Assembly: GCF_006345805.1 (NCBI RefSeq) | Contig: NC_043013.1 | Location: 53,568,001-53,632,000, forward strand | Origin: Octopus sinensis | Lineage: Eukaryota | DNA length: 64,000 nucleotides | Reading direction: 5' to 3' | In this document: positions 34,896 through 50,274 of the stretch, in pieces | Layout: every line of letters begins with the position of its first letter | Numbering within the stretch: the first letter of the stretch is position 1 | Notes under the pieces: model-generated | Database searches by the model: none | The model's input: only the letters and a program-made list of their open reading frames with translations | Told to the model about the DNA's origin: nothing | Program-made: the position numbers and the translations under genes

Positions 34896-36388
34896 GCTTT
34901 TTGTTCTTTTTTATTGTCTTCACGATTAATCATTATCAAGTCATCATCATCATCATCGACGTCATCGTCGTCGTCATCGTTGTCATCATCATCATCATCA
35001 TCATCATCACTGTCCCCTTCTCCTCCTCATTATCATCATCATCATATCATCGCCATCACCACTAGCACACCTCCCATGGAATCCTTCATCACCACTACCG
35101 TAACTGTGCTAGAGGGAACTTTCCTTCGATTCTTCCTTCTTCATTCCTTCCTTCCTGTCTTTCTTCCTCTTCTTTTCACATCTGTTTCCTCTCTCCCTCT
35201 CTCCCCAGCATCACAGCACCTACATCACCTACAGCTATACATCACTTCTTACTCGGTTCCAACATTGTTAACATGCAACTGAAACGATTGTTTAAATTTA
35301 CTGAAACTCAATTCCTATTTTCTCTGACATGGAATTAATTAGAATGAAAGGAATCCTGGCCATGTATTCATTTAAACAACTATTTACATTCTTGGCATCG
35401 AAAAATATGAAAATATTTGCTGCTCTTTTGTTGTGTACGAAAGTATTGTAGCATGAGTGAGAGCAGTTGAGGGCTGAGTGGTATTAAACGATTAAATCGA
35501 TAGAGAAGAGATTGCCGAATACAAAGCTTGGCATTTAGTTTCTTATGCGCGTAGGAAAGTGTGTGAATGTGTGTGTAGGGGAACGCATGAATGTAAATAA
35601 GAGTGAGAGGGAGAAAAACTCAACATTTATTCACTTGTATCGGTACAAATTCAAACATCTACTCACAGATATATGCATGCACACGCGTATGTATAAAACT
35701 GTGCTCATACACACATACTATATATATATATATAAACACACACACATACAGGTGGTGTTTACTTGTGTATATATATACAAGGTAAAAATTTTTACTTTTC
35801 ATTTACTTCGAAAATTGCTATTAAATTCTGGTTTTGGCCGTTTTGGTTGCTTCTTCTAGCATGTAAAACTTATCTGTTAAAGGGTAGTTTTCTCTTGTGT
35901 TTTTATGTACACTATTTTAAAATAATATATATATATATATATATATAATATATATATATATATTATATATATATACACTAGTTCTGCTCAGTCTTTAAAT
36001 ATTCAAATTATTCCTCTTAGGAAGAACCTGGTTTGTAACACATGTACAAAGCTCATTCGTTGGAATGTAGGTAAAAATGCAATGCCACGTTTTGAACTTG
36101 AGAAAAGTCTTGCATATTTTTGCTGTTCGACTTTCAATAGTATTTATAATGTGTGAGTTAAATTTTGATCGACTGAAGTGACAAAAGTATCTCAAGACTT
36201 GAGGCTTGTGTGCATGGCCCATTCGCATACAGGATAAATCCATGCACTAAACTTTCGGCTTTTGCTTCACTTTGGAACTCTTGCCATTTAAAATACTTTA
36301 AAAACACACACAGGCAGGCACATGCACAAGCACACATATACACATAAATATACAAAAATATGCATATATAAATACATACATATATATA

Positions 36389-36688
36389 TCACGTGATCAC
36401 GTGACCGACCAATCCATCAGATGTAGTTACACATCGCTGGTCACAATGCGTTCGCATTGTTTTAGCCTTCAAATGACGCCGCCCCGCTGGCTAAGCGAGC
36501 AGGCCAACAAAAGAAAGAGTGGGAGAAAGAGTGGTGAAAGAGTACAGCAGAGATCACCACCCCCTGCCGGAGCCTCGTGGAGCTTTTAGGTGTTTTCGTT
36601 CAATAAACACTCACAACGCCCGGTCTGGGAATCGAAACCGCGATCATACGACCGCGAGTCCGCTGCCCTAACCACTGAGCCATTGCGC

Positions 36689-36690
<2 letters not shown>
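36389..36690 (-). mobile_element. tRNA-derived SINE family 3, full-length
   Basis: Minus-strand head AGGCGCAATGGCTCAGTGGTTAGGGCAGCGGACTCGCGG...GGTTTCGATTCCC (A box 36672-82, B box 36627-39); 3' ACAATGCG-AA-CGCATTGT hairpin. Confidence 0.85.
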
Positions 36691-36753
<63 letters not shown>

Positions 36754-37796
36754 TGTGTGTATGTATGTATGTATGTATGCATATAATACAATATGAAGTG
36801 TTTGCATCTGTGCGTGCATTATTAAATTCATTGTTTTGCTGAAAACAGTGAAGATATTTTTAATTGTGCTGATTTCAAGGACAAACATTTGAATGAAACT
36901 GTTTTTGGTTAAAAAGAAGGAGAAAGAAGCAGTGAGAAAAGTTGATAATCTGAAATAATAAAATCTGCGTGGATGTTATTTATAGGATGTTGAACGTAAT
37001 AATCGAGGTTACAGCTGATAGAGGATATCTTTTAGTAATTTAACCATTGCATGAAAATTGAGAATCAATGCCCCCAGCAGTTGTTTACAAGGAGAATTAA
37101 AGAGAATTGTTCAATACATTTGGTGGAGTACAAATTCATTATTTTTTAACAAGAATAGTATTAACTGTGACTTCGAAGTTTCGGTAATTATCTGATTGTG
37201 GCACATTTGCGTTCTCTTTGGTTTTATTTAGTTTCTGTAATGTTAACATTTTCTCGGACAAGTTGAGTTCTGTTGAATGGTAATTAAGTTGTGTGGCAGG
37301 TTGTGATGGCACTGCGTTACGGAGAATTTTTGCTGATAAAATATAGGTATATTCTGTTTCTTAAAATGTATTCATTCATGTAACACAATCCGATGATGGC
37401 TTAAGTTGCCGAAACTTCAATGCTATTTTTGCTAAACAATAATATATTTCAAGAAGCTCTGTTTTCAATAATTCATTTGAATAAGTTTGTTGCGTGATCT
37501 TCCAGTGTTCCAGAACATATTTATCAGAGTAGTGACACTTTCTGAATATCTCTGATTTTACATTTCGAGATCAGATTTGTTGAGTTTTTTACGCTGAATG
37601 TTTTCAGTTAGAGGTCTACTGCAGGTTTTGATACAGCTTTGTTGCTCCAAAGAACTTCCATTTGATGTTGAATGCGGCAGCGTTTTATTTTTATATTTTC
37701 AAAGCCCATACTTAAATTGATGTTTCACCCTTCTCTTCTCTATATCAGAAGAAAGAGCTGTAGATGAAGTATCAGCGTTTGCAACTACCTTCATCC

Positions 37797-37836
<40 letters not shown>

Positions 37837-38316
37837 GTTATCCTCCGTGGTTAAATTTGACTTACTGGCAGCTGTTTCCGTCTCATTGCTTATTGCATCA
37901 GCATTTCGTGGCTGACACAGAAGACATTTCTGCCATTCTGTACGTGTAGTTAGCCGCATCTGATATAATTTGTTTATATGTCATGAAGTCTTTCGTCTCA
38001 ATGGAACATCTGTAACTCGCTTTTATTTTATTTCTATTGAATAATTTTTCTTATTCCTGATTAATGTAGAAATCTTGAAGCAAGATGTAAATCAGGCAAT
38101 ATTATAGCCAAATGAAAGATGTAAATTGGGCAGCATTGTGGCGTCATGTCTTACTAGTGACCGTATTAAGAAAAAAATATTCTTGTGTCTGAATTCGATG
38201 GTATATAGTGATTGCATGTAGTACATAATTTTACTGGAAATTATATGTATGTACTAACAGTTTATATTAAATTTATTTATAAATAGAAAATCCACATAAT
38301 ACATAAATATGTGTGT

Positions 38317-38575
38317 GGAAGGTGTGTGGCCTAGTAGAGAGGGTGTTGCATAAACGATTGCAAGATTGTGAGTTCGATACCCGAACTGAGCTACACGTTG
38401 TGCTCTTGACGAAAAAGCTTAATTTCGCGTTCCTCCAGTCTGTGACGGAATACCCATCCGATCAGGAGGAATGTTGAGTTGCTCGTCTAGCCAGCGGTGG
38501 GGTGGTCTCATTCGAAAGCTTAAATAATGCAAAGCGCATTGTTATAAACGATGTCCACCAACATCCGATAGTTTT
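38317..38575 (+). mobile_element. SINE family 3, diverged copy
   Basis: GTGGCCTAGTAG A box, GAGTTCGATACC B box; 3' GCTCGTCTAGCCAGCGG...ATAATGCAAAGCGCATTGT matches the 36389-36690 tail. Confidence 0.65.
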
Positions 38576-39655
38576 ATTGATCACATAATCACGTAATATA
38601 TATACATGTGTGTGTATGTATGTGTGTGTGTATGTGTGTGTATGTGTGTGCTAGAACAGGATATATAGAACTCACTATATGAATGTATACAAGTGGAATT
38701 ATTTTTAATTGGAAGATGTGTCAAAAGTGACTGAAGCCGAAAGTTACACGCAATATACTTATTGCTCATACAGGTACTTCAAGCAAATCATTTCCTTCAG
38801 AAGGTATAGAAAAGGAGAAGAGTAAAAATAAAAAAAGGATCCAGTTACATCCATATTTTCCGAAAATGTTATTCTGTATTCGAATTCAGCAGATATTTCT
38901 GGAGAAGTAATAAATATATATTCAGTAACTCCGTGGGAATATATCTTTTGGTAAAAACACAAATCTGCTGTTTATACATAAGTCTGCTGTAAGTCTGTGC
39001 TTATAGAATAAGTCTGTGACTAAAACAAGTCTGTGCTTAAAATACAGACTTATGTTTCCTGATCGAAAGCAAGAACAGCTCGACAACTTTCCATTGGTTG
39101 TTTCCGTCTCAAAGAAACTATAGAATCTTGTCCTCCTTTTAGAGAAAGCATACCAGTGATTATCAACGTTACTTATGCGAATGTAGTCGCTTATTTATTT
39201 ACAAAGCATATATTTTATACACGCTCATAAGCCTCCCTACTTTTGGCTATATAATGCACACTGCTGGTGAATCTGCTGAGTAAATATGTAAGCTGCCTCG
39301 TCTCTTGTAGGACAAACTAGAAAAGAAATCCAAGATGAGACCTCAATAGTCGGTTGAAACTACAAAAACAGCTCTGAAAAATCAACCTGCACTACCTCAA
39401 TCGATCAACCACAGAATCCTTTTAAACAGCGATACTACATCTATACTTATTAAACATATATATATATGTGAAATTGTTTACAGTATACAGAGATAGGTAG
39501 ACAGATAGGTATATAGATAGGTAGGTAGATGATAGATATACACATATATTTATATATACACACGTATCTATCTCTACGTACAAACGTATGTAGTGGTATA
39601 TGTTTGTATACGTATATATATATATATATTATATATATATATATATATATAAATA

Positions 39656-39697
39656 GGCGGTGCTCCACCATGGCCGTAGTCAAATGACTGAACAAGT
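39656..39697 (+). mobile_element. Isolated SINE family 1 3'-terminal fragment
   Basis: GGCGGTGCTCCACCATGGCCGTAGTCAAATGACTGAACAAGT, directly after (TA)n. Confidence 0.75.
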
Positions 39698-39914
39698 AGC
39701 TGAATAATATATATATGTATGTATGCGTGTATTTATGTATGTATACATGTATGTATGTGTGTGTATATAATATATATATATATATATATACATATACACA
39801 CATACACGTATATATATAAGTCTATATATATATATATGTACATATATATATGTATATGTATATATGTATATATATATATATGTATGTATATATATATGTG
39901 TATATGCATATATG

Positions 39915-39977
<63 letters not shown>

Positions 39978-40714
39978 CTCTATATAGTTATATATATGTA
40001 TATAAATTGATGATGATATACATAAAGTGTATTCCCATGAATAATGTTATCTGAACATTGTACACTGAATGTGTTGCTGGCGGTAACAGTTCCTGGCATG
40101 TTGCATCTATTACGTGGATTAAGGCTTCACTAATTCTTTATTGAATGCAGTTTATTTATGGAGAAGTCAGTCGGTACATGAATAATCCCCTGTAAACTAT
40201 AAACTAACGCACATCTAAGCAATAAAATCTTCTAGTATTTGGGATTTGTGTAGACACCTAGCGGCCATTACAAGACAGTGTCTATAAAATAACTGAGAGC
40301 GTTCAGAACAGTTACAAACCCCCATTACACCGACGATTCTGGTTGCTTTAATTTAATCGCTTAATGATTTATATTCGGTACTACTATTTACGTAATACAA
40401 TGCAAGAGTTTAAGTCATCGATTTCTCAATAAAAATACAAATGATAGTTTAGTTTCGGCTCGAATAAATGCACATCTTGATGTGATTTCCATTTGAAATG
40501 ATTGTGGACACCATAAGTTCAAAGCTGATTACCATAAATTCTTCTGTTTGTTTCTTTGAAAATACAATGTTATTGAAGAAGAAAATAATTTTCACGTTCG
40601 GTGTTCATTTAATCATAAATATTTAACAAATTAACACAAAAGCTGTTATTTCCGTAGAAGAATTTTCTGAAATATGCAATGATTCTGACATTTTGGGTCA
40701 GAATTTCTACACAA

Positions 40715-41160
40715 TACAGTAAACATGCAAAGTAGCTTGCGCAATTTCATATGAGCTGCTTAAGATCAATAACTTAGGTCATGGTGACCAACAATGAAAT
40801 CTCGGAGATAACTAGCACCTCTAGTGCAGAAGAATTGCTGATAAAATCTCAGCTTTTAAGGGTCAGATAATCCGGGTAGAAGGGCATCCATTTTCGATAT
40901 AAATGCTACAATCCAATATAAATCATAAAGAGAGAAGAGAGGTCACTTCAAAATGTGTATAAAATGAGATTATTTTTAACCTGAAGTGGATCAATATTGA
41001 CTTGAATCAAGGGAAAACTATTCAAAACAGTCGAACATGGTCAAAATCGTCTTGGACCATTCACAGCGTCTTCGTGAACAAGGCTAAAAGCTTCTATGAA
41101 GTCAAAAGAAAAAGATTATAGAAAAGTAATGAGAGCTAATACATCACATAAGGGCGATGC
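40715..41160 (+). mobile_element. RTE-clade LINE, degraded 3' ORF fragment
   Basis: Frameshifted translation: LAQFHMSCLRSI..VTNNEI..TSSAEELLIKSQL..GQIIRVEGH..HFKMCIK...NIDLNQ...NSRTWS..IHSVFV, collinear with the RTE/BovB-like RT C-terminus. Confidence 0.65.
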
Positions 41161-43081
41161 TAATATTCTGTAAGTTCCAATGTTTTCTCTTTGAAGTTGG
41201 ATATATATATACATATATATATATTTGGTATAGTTCATAATGTCTATCCGTATACAATCATTTGAACGGAAGCATTAACTCAAAGCTAATATTAGAATGA
41301 ACGAAGGAAATATAATTTTATATTTATTAAGTGAATATATTTTACACCAAATGGAATAAAATTAATTTCGCAAAACAAATTCAGGAAAAAAAAGTTTAAC
41401 CACAGGGAATAAGCAGTTAATCAAACATCATCATCGTTGCTGTTTTCTCTCTGCTTAACCTAAATGTATTTAAATGTGTAAAGATATTTTACATAAATAA
41501 AAATAAAAATAAACCAATATTGAAATTATGTGAATCTATTTTGTTTGGTTATTTTCTGTCTGAAACACGTTGAGGTTCACATTAACCTTCATCCAAATGG
41601 CGTCAATAAAATAAACCCCAGCAAAATATATTGCTTATATTCATTTGAATTTAGATGCTATTACAAACGAGAGTCTTCGGTTCCTTTTAATGATGTGGAT
41701 GCTGCTAATTATTGGAGCTGGAGGCGAAATGTCTGCTGTGATGTTTATGCCTCTATAGGAAGTATTCCTGGCTTAACTGGTGTATTACGCGTAGAACTGA
41801 CATTACGTCAAAGAGAAATCGGATAACCTTCTCAAGTGATCAGAAGGGGGCCTGTACATGGCATGACCAGTCTGTTCGTTAAAAGTAGCAGCCAGATATT
41901 CCTTAATTCAAACCTAACCTCTTTAAGAAAAATAAAGATACATTGGATAGTGTAGTCCTAAAAACATAATTTCTAAAAGATAAGAAAGGAGGGTCAAAGC
42001 CGGAAGACATCTTTTAAGGTATACTTAACCATGCAACGATAACAAATCCATTCAATGGTGAACAGCGGCTTTATTGATTACAAATCAATACTGAATGATA
42101 CCCATATTTAAGAGAAACACAAGCGAAGATTCTTCAGTGTTTTTATTCTACCCTGAAAGAAGAAACAAAGATTTATTCGTCATGATTCAAACACGAAGAC
42201 CAAGCGTAAGCACAACCGTCAGTGAAAACTTGTCGATCACATTGTACTAAAATAACATGTTTTGCGTTTGTTTATTTGTGAGAGAGAAGATCTGTAATTG
42301 TTTATAAGATACCCAAAGGTCACAATGAGTTTATTGTAACGCTTAACGCTATCAAATGTTATTTTACGTCTTCTTGCATCTTTCTATCTCGAAAAACAAG
42401 GACAAAGACTAACTTAGATTCTATGGCTTTATACAGACAGAGCTGGTCTCTTTATCGCTAATTTCTCCATGAATGGAAACCAGATGAATCTATAATTTAA
42501 TAAATGAAAAGAATATCAGCTTCGTTTGAATCTTATTCATCTGCTTTTTACTTTTATGTTTGTTTCTCTGTTTGACTTTTCTGCGAGTCAAATTATATAT
42601 TTTATTTCTAAACGAGACAAAAACAAACTTATGATAATAATATCAAAGGAAAGGACACACACAGACACACAAACAAACACACATACGCACACACACATGT
42701 ATATATATATATATATGTATGTATGTATGTATACATATATATGTGCATCTACATATATATGTATATACACACGCATATATATATACATGCACACGCACAA
42801 TTCAGAGAAATAGATATACAATCACACCAACCAGACGTATACACACAAATACGTCCAATAACAGAGACACACAATTATATTTAATCTCTCATTCGCTCGC
42901 TCACTTTCTATCGTTTGCTCTACGATATACAATGATACAGATATGTAAACATAGACATACGTAGACTAATATGTATGTTGTGTGCATATGTGCGTAATTA
43001 TACATGCACATATACATACATTTATATGCATTACATCATATAGCAATATATAGTATATATATACATTTATAGCTGCACACA

Positions 43082-43144
<63 letters not shown>

Positions 43145-43639
43145 GTAACAATATGTCATTTCCCAGCTCTCGGTTTATTTCTGTCATACTTATAGACTCA
43201 CAGTACACAGTGCAGAAACCACACACTTGCAAATATATATATATACATATATACATACATACATTCATAATATTCGCTTATATAATGTAGACATGAAAAT
43301 TATCGATTTCCACCATTTTTAATAAGAAATCGATATAAATATATATGTATGGATTTAATAACTTTCATGTCTAGATTATTTTCATAGACACCCTCCACCC
43401 TACACACACATACACACACACATACACATATACGTGTATATATAACAGTAGCGTATGTATGTAATTATGTGTGTGTCTGTATGTTCACTTGACTATGTTT
43501 ATGCAAGGGTGTGTGTGTGTGTATATGCTTGTGTCTTAATTAATGTATGTGTGTGTACACGTCTGTGAAATTGCATAATGGGCGTGTGTCTGTATAAAGT
43601 TTTCCAGTGTGTTCATGGGCGTATGTGTCCTTCTGTTTT

Positions 43640-43683
<44 letters not shown>

Positions 43684-43732
43684 ATATATATGAGTATATA
43701 TATATGTGTGTGAGTGAGTGTATACATATATG

Positions 43733-43805
<73 letters not shown>

Positions 43806-45209
43806 AATATATATATATATACACACAGCCATTAGTCAAGTGTCCAAAAGTGATAGTTGAGTGTAGATTAGTGCTAACTCTTAGCGGTGTGTGTGTATAT
43901 ACATAGAGAGAGAGAAAAAGAGAGAGAAAGATTGCGAAAGAGAGAGAGAGAGGTGTCACTCGGTTTAAAGACAAGTGTATTCTGTTGATTACGCGATAAT
44001 TATTTCCGTTTCTTTAATCATTTATGTTATAAATATTAAATACGGGTATGTGTGTGTGTGCATCTGCATGTGTCTGTGCATCTATGAATGTGCGTGTATA
44101 TTTATCTAAACGCGAACAATCTATTTATGATCCAATAATTATTGGCAGAATAAATAAGACCACAAAATGAACGTTCGTTAAATGAAGACTGCTTAGAGAA
44201 ATAAGTTGAAAATTAATTTAAAGTTATTATATATAATATTCTGTCATCGTGATGCAAAATATTAATGATCGTTTACTTGTATCTCCCTCAGATTTGCTGA
44301 TAGTTAAATTAGAGTATTTATTAGGTGACACATACAGTCGAAAATTGTCCAACCACAGAACAGAAATAGCGTTTTTCTGTCATAAGTGCCGGACTTGGTG
44401 TCTCAAAACAACTCATTCTCTTTCTCTCTGCTATGATCATTTTATATGTAACATGTGGTTATTCTGACCCCATGCAATGTATCACCAACATGTTTTGAAT
44501 TCATGGTCAATATATTTAATATTTGCCAACGAAAACATGTAAATATTTTCTCTTGATATTTTGAACTAACTTTGTAGAATGACATACTCTGACTGGTGTC
44601 CACAACCAGCAAAGATCGGATGAATGTGTTTTAATTTCTGCGGTGTGTGGATCATAAAAGGTGTACATTTCTCACGCAGAGGCATTATCTCATGGTCTTT
44701 GAATGCCTCCAGCCAATAAGAGACCACCATATATGAAGCAGGTATCAAGTCTATAGAAATAAGCATTATTCACAAACCTGTATCACCACATTGATTTGAT
44801 AGAAGAACATTCATATGAAGCTTTTATAAGGCAAGCACTTCCTGAGGAACATCGTAAGGCACAATGCAGCAAAGCTTGCGATCTGCATCAAGCTGCTGAA
44901 AGACATAACCAGAGTATATTCCGTTTTAAAAATCGCCAAAACCTGTAGACCCTGCGAACATAGGAAATGTGTGACCAACTTATGAGACTTCGTTAAAGTG
45001 TCCACTCTTCGTCTTAGATATTTATTACTACAACATATTTTATAAAGGTCTCCATGAATAACGATAATGGAAATGCTTATTGTACGTTTTATTTGTCACC
45101 AAATTTGGTCAGAATTATGCTTGCATACATACATGCATACATACATACAAACATACATACATACATACAAACATACATACAAACATACATACATACATAC
45201 ATACATACA

Positions 45210-45243
<34 letters not shown>

Positions 45244-45449
45244 CGTACATATATGCTTGTATACATACATATATACATGCTTGCATACATACATACAAAT
45301 ATATGTTTTTGAAGTCATAGAACGCAAATGTGCTGTGGAGTAAACAGTTTAGTAACAAATAATTAAGAAATTTAATTTTACAACAGAAAAACATTTCCCG
45401 AATTTCGTAACTCATATGCTACAATAATACTCTTACAACCATTATGGTT

Positions 45450-46760
45450 TCAGAACCTCACACCAACTCCTTTAGTGCATGATTGAAATCAGTAAGACTT
45501 GCGCCTGTCCTACAACTCACATTATCCAAGTAAATTTTCAAATTCATTGCATATCGTTCCATTGGCAGTTTTTGATAATTTTGTTTAAGAGGGAAAATAT
45601 CGGTGGTTTTTGCCACAGAAAGAGTAGTGCCTCTGGCATATTTGATTCTTAAATACAGGCTATCGACCTCTTCTTTATCTGGTATATCTGCCATGAGATA
45701 GGCATCTGCCTCAGTGCTGCTAGTAAACGGTCCACCAGGATTTGTCAAAATGTCCAAATCGGCTGATCGTCGTCTATATTGGCGACTTCGATCTTTTCCA
45801 GTCCCTCCACCATTAACTACTGCTGGCGGTTATCCCATTTTTTAATGATGTCAGACACTCTTCCCCACCCCGCCTCCGATTTGGTGAGTTTGATACATTG
45901 CCTGAATACCCGGACTCTCGACGTTCAACCTGATCCGCCGACTTGGGAGATGCTAAACTGAGTTGCCTGGCACACTCTGACGACTTAAATTATAAAACCC
46001 AAACTGCGTTCTGAGTCGGGATTGTGAATGAGTGCTTTCTCTAGTTTAACTAAGTCCATGTTTGCCAGAGCATGGAGCGACTCTTTGATGATGTTCCCAA
46101 AACCAAACAGAATCCCTTCTGGGTCTGGAAACCATCCGCCAACATTGGAAGAAGCCTCAGCAGTATTTTTAACACTTCTGGCTTCAACTCGCTGGTAATT
46201 GCTTCAACAGTAGAGAACATACCTTCATCATATTTAGTTTCCTGACATCTGCTAGAAGATACAAAACCGAGTGAAGGACTATGTACATTTAGCAATCGGT
46301 TTGGATCCACTGTAGAAAGGTCACCATAAATTTATTTGAAAAGAAATACAAGTTTTCAGTAGGTTGTGCTTTTTGAAATGGTAAGCAAAAGGAATGGTTC
46401 GACAAGGTGCAGTCCACTCAGCGCTCCTGTGCAAATCAAGACTTTGAGGAAATCCAAATTTATGAAACAACATGCAATACAATCCATTTGGCTTGCAGCA
46501 TACTCGTATTTCGCCGAATTCGATGCCACATCATCCAGGTGGAACAAACTTATTGCACAAGTCAAAGTGAGGCGGTTAAAGCGTTCATTCTTCAGGGCAA
46601 CGGATTTATTAACTCATTGTTGAACGTGATTGTCGAATTCACCGGCTTTGTTCCATGACTTGTAATCAAAATCATGATTGATTAACCTTGATATGCAATC
46701 AAGAGCCTGCTCAGTGACGCTGGATGAGCTTGATGTTGCGTTTATAAGAAAACTCGAATA
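45450..46760 (-). pseudogene. Degraded DNA-transposase-like ORF of unassigned family
   Basis: ORFs 46356-46565, 46050-46310 and 45458-45757 join collinearly across stops and frameshifts (LFHLDDV...FINLDFLKVLICTGALSGLHLVEPFL; KLEKALIHNPDSERSLG; TNPGGPFTS). The N-x-x-SER motif resembles transposase C-terminal motifs. Confidence 0.45.
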
Positions 46761-49700
46761 AATTTTGTCTCGTCTAATTGCATTCTCGTTATCACTCCAC
46801 TGTTTGCTTTATTCTGTCCTCGTTTTCATTCTATATTATTTATAGTTTCACACAGTTTTCTAAGAATCCCACTCGATTTCATGAAATATCTGCTCCCCTC
46901 TTGTCTGAGTCACCCAAGAATTTATATATTGGGACAAAGAAAACATTTGTCCACTGATTAATAAGCTCCTATCTTGAGAGGGAAACAAGCATACATGTTT
47001 AGCATTTAGGATTTTCACTATTATGTATAATGTATATTATGTATAGTATTAAATGTCCAGTTAAGATTATTAATTTAAAGCATGTTTAAGAATAGAAACG
47101 GAGCATTTGGAAATACCTAGTGTAGAGTCCAATTTATTATTAAATTCGTGTTGCTATGCATGTGCGCACGTGAATATATCAGTGAGTATGAATGTGTGTA
47201 TGCATTTGTACGCATTCATAAATTACAAATAAGAGACTATTTTCAAAGAATGGGTCCCATGTGACATAAGTATTCAACGTAGCTAATATTCATTTTTGTT
47301 TAATGCTAGACTAACAGAAGCTCCGTTTTGCCTTTGAATTGAATACTAAGACTGATAAAACCACAGACGTGGCCGATAATCTACCGTTTGATCTCATTGA
47401 CCCGAATCACTGCGAAGATTATCGACAAGAATATCGTTTAAGGATGTCACCCTTTAAAACTTCGACCGAAAATGAGGCTAATAAAGGCGCGATTCAATGC
47501 GTTAGATTTTGTCTGTTTGCAAAAGGTGTGTCTATGTGTATATTTGTATATGTGTGTTTGTATGCTGTGCTTGTGATGTTAAAATTAATTCTAAAACGGG
47601 TAATAATTATTGCAGCGAAAATAGAAAAATTATGTTCTTTGTTTAAAATCTTTCTTTCAGTCCATTTCTGAGAATATTGTTTCTTTATTTTTGACTAGAA
47701 TCTTATTTATTTGTAAAGATTTTAAAAAAATTTTTGTATCCCGTCTTTGTACTGAGTTTGTAAACTTCATTACAGGGGGTACAGAAGGGAAAAAAATGAT
47801 AAGAAAAATTTTTCATAAAATTCTACAAGTCCTTGAAGAATTCTTAAAAGCTAAAAACCAAATGCTAAAAAATAAAAATATTTTTGCCAATTTTCCGCTG
47901 GAGTCATGTCAAATTCTTGGTGATTAATATCGCAAATTCCAAACCATAATGTCAATGGCAGCATCTTATAGAATGATTTATTGGCTTCGACCGAAAAATC
48001 CTTAAGAATATTTAATTAATTTTCTAAATTAAATTGCTTCATCCAACTACACAATTTAGTATTAAAACGAGCGAGCAATTACTTCCAGCAGTAGGCTCCA
48101 TTTAGCAACGAACTAAAGCAGACAGCAATATATGGCGGCAGAGATTTTTGGTAAATATTATCTTCTAAATGACTTATCGTATTAATATCGATACATATTT
48201 GTTTAAATCACATGATACCTAAATAAACTTTAGCATCAAATAAATAAACTTTAGAATCCAATAAATATGCTAACAATCCTGCGTATGTAACTTCTAATGA
48301 TGTTTATTGGGGAAAATATAATGGATAGGTTTTTTTGTGCGTTTCTCTCGATAGACACGAAGCGTACGAAAGGGCAAACATGATCTCATTTCATTCTGAA
48401 GTTTGAAGAAAGAGATAGAATTTATATAGAAGTGATAGATAACAGATAGTGTATAAAAAAGAAATATACTGAAGGATGTTGTTGGTTTCTCGTAGCATCG
48501 CGGAATGCATAAAAAAAATCACAGACAATACTTTAAAATGGAAAAATAAGAAAACTATTAAAGTATGATCTTAGAAATATTTACTTATTTTTGATGTGCC
48601 AAGTAAAAGACTCGTTTAAATTTTTTTTCCAGAAACAGAGAAACGATTTGCATATGTTATTAACATATCAAATTAGCTCAATTCACCTGGTGAGTGCTGC
48701 ATTTGACGTTTCGAATTTTTCCCTTTGTCTAAAAGCAAAGAACGGATGATGTTATGGTTTTGGGTGGAAGCAGGTTAAGCAAGATGGTAGTGTAAATTCT
48801 TTTAGCAAGACACAAACATTCGAACAAATGACACATCGTACACAAGAGCGGTTGTGGGAAATCATGGCTAAAAATATATCAACGTTTGAAAATTGCTATT
48901 TTGCATTGAAATTTGAATACAGGGCAATTGTTTTTGTAATTGTCTATGATACCTGTTATCAAATTTAGAAATGGCCAAAATATTCCCAGTCTTCCCTCTT
49001 TTCTTTCTTATATTCCTCATCATCACATTTGCAATCATTACTACCGTCACTATCGCCATCATCGTCAACAGCATCATCATCGTCAATAACTTTGTGATTC
49101 TATTTATATTTATCATTGTCGTCATCATCATTATCAGCAGCAGCTGCTGCAGTAGTAGTAGCAGCAGCATTTTTAGAGCGGGTGCCGAAAACATCGTCAC
49201 TTTCAACATTATCTTCATCATCGCCATCATCATAAAAGATTCATAATATTAACAACATTATTAAGGGAATTTATACGACGAGTTATTTTAAGTTAAGGTT
49301 TTCACAATTACTGGGCTACACATCACGTAGCAAGGAACTCTAAAGAATATATTTGATAAATGGTGGCCGTGCTGAAAATGAAAATACTACTGGTTCATAG
49401 ATTAGAAACGTTACATGGAAATTGTGAATCAAGAAATTCAATAAGGATAATTCATTAAGATAATTAATCATGCCTAGTATTTCGTCATCTATTTAATAAG
49501 TAATCTACTTACAATAGATACCGTCAAGACGAAATAATTAATGGAGAATAATTTTTCAAACATTTTTGTGATATTTATTAAACGAAAAATATAACTGAAT
49601 TATTTCCCGATAACGGAAGTACCACGTACACTTTTGTGGTCATTTAGAACGATTTACAATAAGATTTCGCACATATATACCCATACAACGCAATTATTTA

Positions 49701-50130
49701 TGAACGGGTACATATGCCTAATTCTAGCTATGTACGCCCTCCTGTATTTTTCAATGTAGCTGTTCTCATTAATGTTACCTAACGATGTTCACGTCCTCTG
49801 TTTCAGCAATTATTTGCGTTCTAGAAATAACATTTTCCTCCTCTCTCACTCTCTCAGCACCTCTCTCTCTGCGTCTCTCTTTCTCTGTGCCTCTCTCTCT
49901 GTGCCTCTCTCTCTGTCTCTCTATCTCTCTCTCTCTGCTTCTCTCTCGCTCTTTCTCTATCTATCTATATATCTATCTATCTGAGACATACTCCCACGCA
50001 CACAGACACAATATCACTCACTGAGTTATAGGACCACAGCTGTGAAGCATAAATTTAGGATATATATATATATTTATATATATATATATATATATTTACT
50101 AATACATACATATATTTATATATATATGTA

Positions 50131-50194
<64 letters not shown>

Positions 50195-50274
50195 CACAGC
50201 TATACATGCATGTATAAGGGCGATTCACCCTCTACTGTCATAAACTTTAGGAGCGGTGCCACCTATTCTGATCA

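Noticed and set aside
36600-36690. tRNA-like sequence with A and B boxes
   Set aside because: It continues into a SINE body with a homologue at 38317-38575 and lacks a complete cloverleaf; called a SINE head, not a tRNA gene.
40255-40270. Minus-strand CCGCTAGGTGTCT CTCF-like motif
   Set aside because: Mismatch in the GGC core; expected by chance in 64 kb.
44760-44950. Plus-frame peptide EEHSYEAFIRQALPEEHRKAQCSKACDLH
   Set aside because: Short, bounded by stops, with no recognisable family or strong donor.
47339-47927. 110-aa and 78-aa plus ORFs
   Set aside because: No recognisable domain; partly runs into TG-rich and AT-rich low-complexity DNA.
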